DNA of 64,000 bases from Paraspadella gotoi (taxonomy: Eukaryota; Animalia; Chaetognatha): positions 14,561,164 to 14,625,163 of the forward strand of contig CM119270.1 in NCBI GenBank assembly GCA_051294375.1, read 5' to 3'. The translations under genes and the position numbers were made by a program. The notes beneath the pieces were generated by a model, which saw nothing but the letters and a program-made list of their open reading frames with translations, did no database searches and was not told where the DNA came from. Positions 60,501 through 64,000 of this stretch are shown one piece after another (position 1 is the first letter of the stretch; every line of letters begins with the position of its first letter).

Positions 60501-61140
60501 GGCGGCTTTGTAATATCCAGCTAAATTTTTTAATCTTTGTAATATTACATTTATTCTTCCGTTGTCTGCGTTTATTTTGAAAAAATTGTTTGGTGGCGCT
60601 GCGCGTTTATTTTCATAGAGGGACCTTCAACGTCTAATGTATAAAGAGAGATCAGAATTGTATTCAAGTTAACGCCTGTTGGGACTTGTGATAAAAGACC
60701 AGAAGACAAATAAGGAGACAGACCAGATTCGACGGACAGAAAAGACAGACGCGCATACTAAAATTAGCCCGCGACCATTTACCTCGCCTGGTGCGTGCGT
60801 CGTCGTCATCATCTCATCATCAATAAATCATCATCATCAATCATCATCATCATCATCAATCATGAAATCATCATCATCATCATACTGAGTTAAAGGCAAG
60901 TGTGAATATACTTCAGTGATTTAGAAAAAGGTAGTAGACTAAGGAGGCTCCTTCGGATGTCTTGTTTGGTTGAGGGAGTTAGTCTTATTCTAAGTCGATG
61001 GAATAAAGTTGAGAAGCGGAGGCTATTTCTCAAGGAACGAGTCGTCTTCTTTTCGCGGTGCGGGTCCGGTAATGGGTCCTGGAATCGGGGGGTTCGTGGA
61101 GCCAATTAGGGGGAGGATAAAACAGTTACGGGGCGATGAG
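53520..61140. repeat. Large inverted duplication (arms about 53520-56990 and 57040-61140); probable chimeric long-read artefact
   Basis: Arms are reverse complements, e.g. 56085-56140 vs 57885-57945 and 54040-54150 vs 60370-60510. The right arm accumulates insertions distally; there is a 25-N gap at 56411-56435. Confidence 0.88.
53718..53800. repeat. (ATG)n followed by (ACG)n trinucleotide microsatellite
   Basis: Directly visible; gives the poly-M/poly-T spurious ORF. Confidence 0.95.
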
Positions 61141-61874
61141 GAAAGAAATATAAAGGCAAAAAAAAATAATGCACAGAGAGAAGGAAAGAAAAAGAGAAAA
61201 ATAAAGAAAGAAAAAAAGAAAGAAAGAAAGAAAGAAAAAAAACAAAAGAATAAAAAGCTTAAAAAAAAAAACAAAATGAGTGTAAAGCGAGTCAGATGCC
61301 GGGCCTCCGTCGGGGCAAGTGTCGGTGCACGTCCCGGCAGAACGTCCGGAGGGCGGACGCTCAACCTATGCTCCTCCGGGCGAATGGGCGAAACAACGGG
61401 GAGAATTACAGATGAGGCCGCCAACTGAAAAAAAAAAAACTCTGCACCATAAACTCCGACATCATAAAATGTAGCGGGAGGTCGAGGTCTTGCGAGTTAC
61501 AGAGAAGTTATAGTGCGACACTCGGAAATTGGAACGGCACGCCCCCCTTGTCTGCCCCCCTTTCCCCCTTTTATTCCTCACGTCTCTCCCTTATGAATAA
61601 AGAATCCATGAATGAGAAGGGGAAATAGGGGGGAAAAGAGAGAGAGAAAGAACGAGAGAGAGAGAGAGAGAGGAGGAGAGAGAAGAGAGAGAGGAAGCAA
61701 GAGAGAGAGAGAGAGAGAGAGAGAGACGAGAGAACGGAAATGGAACAATGGTGTTCTAGTGATCGAGTGTAGCCCCGTATGTGGCAAGCGCGTTCCAGTT
61801 TTTCGACCGACGACGACGATGACGACGACGACGCCATAACGACGACCGCGACCATGTTCACCATCGCGCATGGA

Positions 61875-61907
<33 letters not shown>

Positions 61908-61988
61908 TCTCACCATTGGCGCGCTCTCGCTGAACGCGCGCTCTAGAAATGCTCGTTTACCTCTTCTTCTTTCTCCTCACTCATCTCT

Positions 61989-62063
<75 letters not shown>

Positions 62064-62823
62064 TCCGGTTGCAACGTCACCTCGCGTCTGAACGCGAAAA
62101 TTCCACGGGTTTTAACGTCGTTTCTCATTTTTTTTCTCGAATCTGATTCATGATCTTCGTCATCATCGTCATCATCATCATCATCATCATCATTCTTTTC
62201 CGCTTTCCGGCGCCTCGTTCGTTTCAACGCAATTTTCACGCGTTTATATTCTCGATCGTCATTTTTTTTAACACGCAGCTTGTCTTTTGCTCGCACGTAC
62301 GCGACCGATTTCCAATTTCCTATTTTTTGTGTGTGTGTGTTTTGGATTCATTAATCTAGAAAAGCGAACCCGTTTTTTACTCTTTTAAAAGAATCTAATA
62401 CGAGGGAATTTTATGGTTTTAGATGCACATGCGCGCAAAACGTACGTGCGTGTGCGAATCTGAGTGCGTTTGTTTGTTTACTGACGGAAAATTCTTTTAG
62501 ATTTTTAAAAATGTAATATAACTAAACCCAATTGTAAAATAAACTTAATTTTTAATTCTATCTCAACCGATTCGTGCAGAAGAATCGTCTACGGAAAGGA
62601 GCAAAATCCGAGCGACCTTTATAAACTTGGAAAGATTTTGCTTCAGCTGAATTTAAAACTTTTTTCCTCAATTTTTATATTATTTACTTTATTGTTTTTT
62701 TAAACATAAATGAAGATTAAATTATCGTTATTTATCAAAAATTTGTCACTTTGAGCCATCCTGCAATCGAAGCCTCCGCTCTATTTACTACTTCCTTGGA
62801 AAATCATACACACACTCTCTCTG

Positions 62824-62854
<31 letters not shown>

Positions 62855-63721
62855 TCTCTCTCTTCTCTCTCTCTCTCTCTCTTCTTCTCTCTCCTCTCAA
62901 GCCGATCGCGTGAACTTGAAGACAGAGGAAAAAAAGAGGATGATGCCGGAGGAGAGCCCGGATCTAAGTTCCGGATGTCATCACTTATGAAATCCGGCTC
63001 ATCTCCTTCCTCTCATCTTCTCCTTTCATCCTCTCTCCTCTCTCCTCTCTCTTCTCTCCTCTCTCTTCTCTCCTCCCGCTAAACTCGGCTGATCCCCTCA
63101 TATTTTTCTCTTCAATCAGTTTTCTTCTTTTAAGCTTCTTTCATCCTCTCTCTTCCTTTATCATCTTTTTTTGTCTCGATATTCCATTTCGCGTCGATTC
63201 CAGTTTTTTTTTCCCCCGACTTTTTAATTCGTTTTTGTTTCGTCGGTTTTGTCTTTGTTCATTTATTTGTCCCCTTTTTTATTCTTCTTTCTTTTTTCCC
63301 CTTCGAACATTTTTCTTCCATCCCTTCATACATCAAACTCTTCTTTATCAAATAGGCGCAACCAATATATAAATTACATTCGACCTCATTTTTTATATTA
63401 TCTCCTCTCCCTTTCTCAATCCTCTATTCATATTTCAAACCTTCCTCCCTCTATCCATCCTACTATCCTAAACCCCCATCTCAACCATCTCATCCCTTTC
63501 ATCTCCCCAGGATGAGATAGGATCTCGAAAGGGATAAAAGCGATGGTCTCCGATGACGACATAGGCCAAAGTCGAATGGCCCTCGTTCAACGTCGTCGTC
63601 TTTACCGTCGTCGTCGTCATCTGCATACCTGAGTGGGAGATACATAAAGGATAACGAGACCCGAGACCGACAGAGAGAGAGAGAGAGAGAGAAAGAGAGA
63701 TAGAGAGAAAGAGAGCAAGAA

Positions 63722-63966
63722 GCAATTTCTCCATTCCATCGAACCAACGACGACAGTTTCCTCGCAGCAGAACAGACTAAGGTCGATCCCACCCGGTCCT
63801 ACCCAAACCCAATCTCTCCCAAGGAAAAGTCGCTCTTCCTCAACTCATCAATCGATCCAAACAACTCATCCCATCTCCCCGCACGGCAACTCTTCCCCCT
63901 CCCCACCTCACCTCGCCCCCACCTTCCTTGATGAACCCGACGAGATTATCTTCGAAGCAGCAGCGG
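63722..63966 (+). CDS. Possible coding exon fragment of an unidentified gene continuing beyond the window
   Basis: Open frame ..QFLHSIEPTTT..PPHLAPTFLDEPDEIIFEAAA ending at a strong G|GTAAGT donor. The 5' boundary is unresolved (microsatellite, upstream stops) and no homology is recognised. Confidence 0.25.
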
Positions 63967-64000
63967 GTAAGTCACGCGAACTCCATTCCCGATCCTGCCT

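Overview
Eukaryotic (invertebrate animal-like) genomic scaffold: AT-rich introns, GC/CpG-rich exons, very dense (AG)n/(CT)n microsatellites, many N gaps. Three genes can be built from the sequence. (1) An intronless DMT/EamA (SLC35G-like) transporter, +, 95-1141. (2) A 5-exon calmodulin/light-chain-like EF-hand gene, -, 18249-16787, ending in a polybasic stretch plus CaaX-like CIVG. (3) A 22-exon class II (striated-type) myosin heavy chain, +, 30206-47660, about 1063 aa, with a complete motor and two IQ motifs but no head-rod proline, only about 235 aa of degenerate S2-like tail and no LMM. Myosin intron 9 holds a densely base-paired, strand-specific RNA candidate of about 250 nt. A 1.15-kb hAT-type non-autonomous element with an 8-bp TSD lies upstream of the myosin. 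Much of the remainder (7.6-15.7 kb, 21.2-26.2 kb, 53.5-61.1 kb) consists of indel-riddled direct or inverted duplications next to 25-N gaps, most likely long-read gap-filling artefacts. All exon models and RNA pairings were derived by eye and need RNA-seq, folding or database confirmation.
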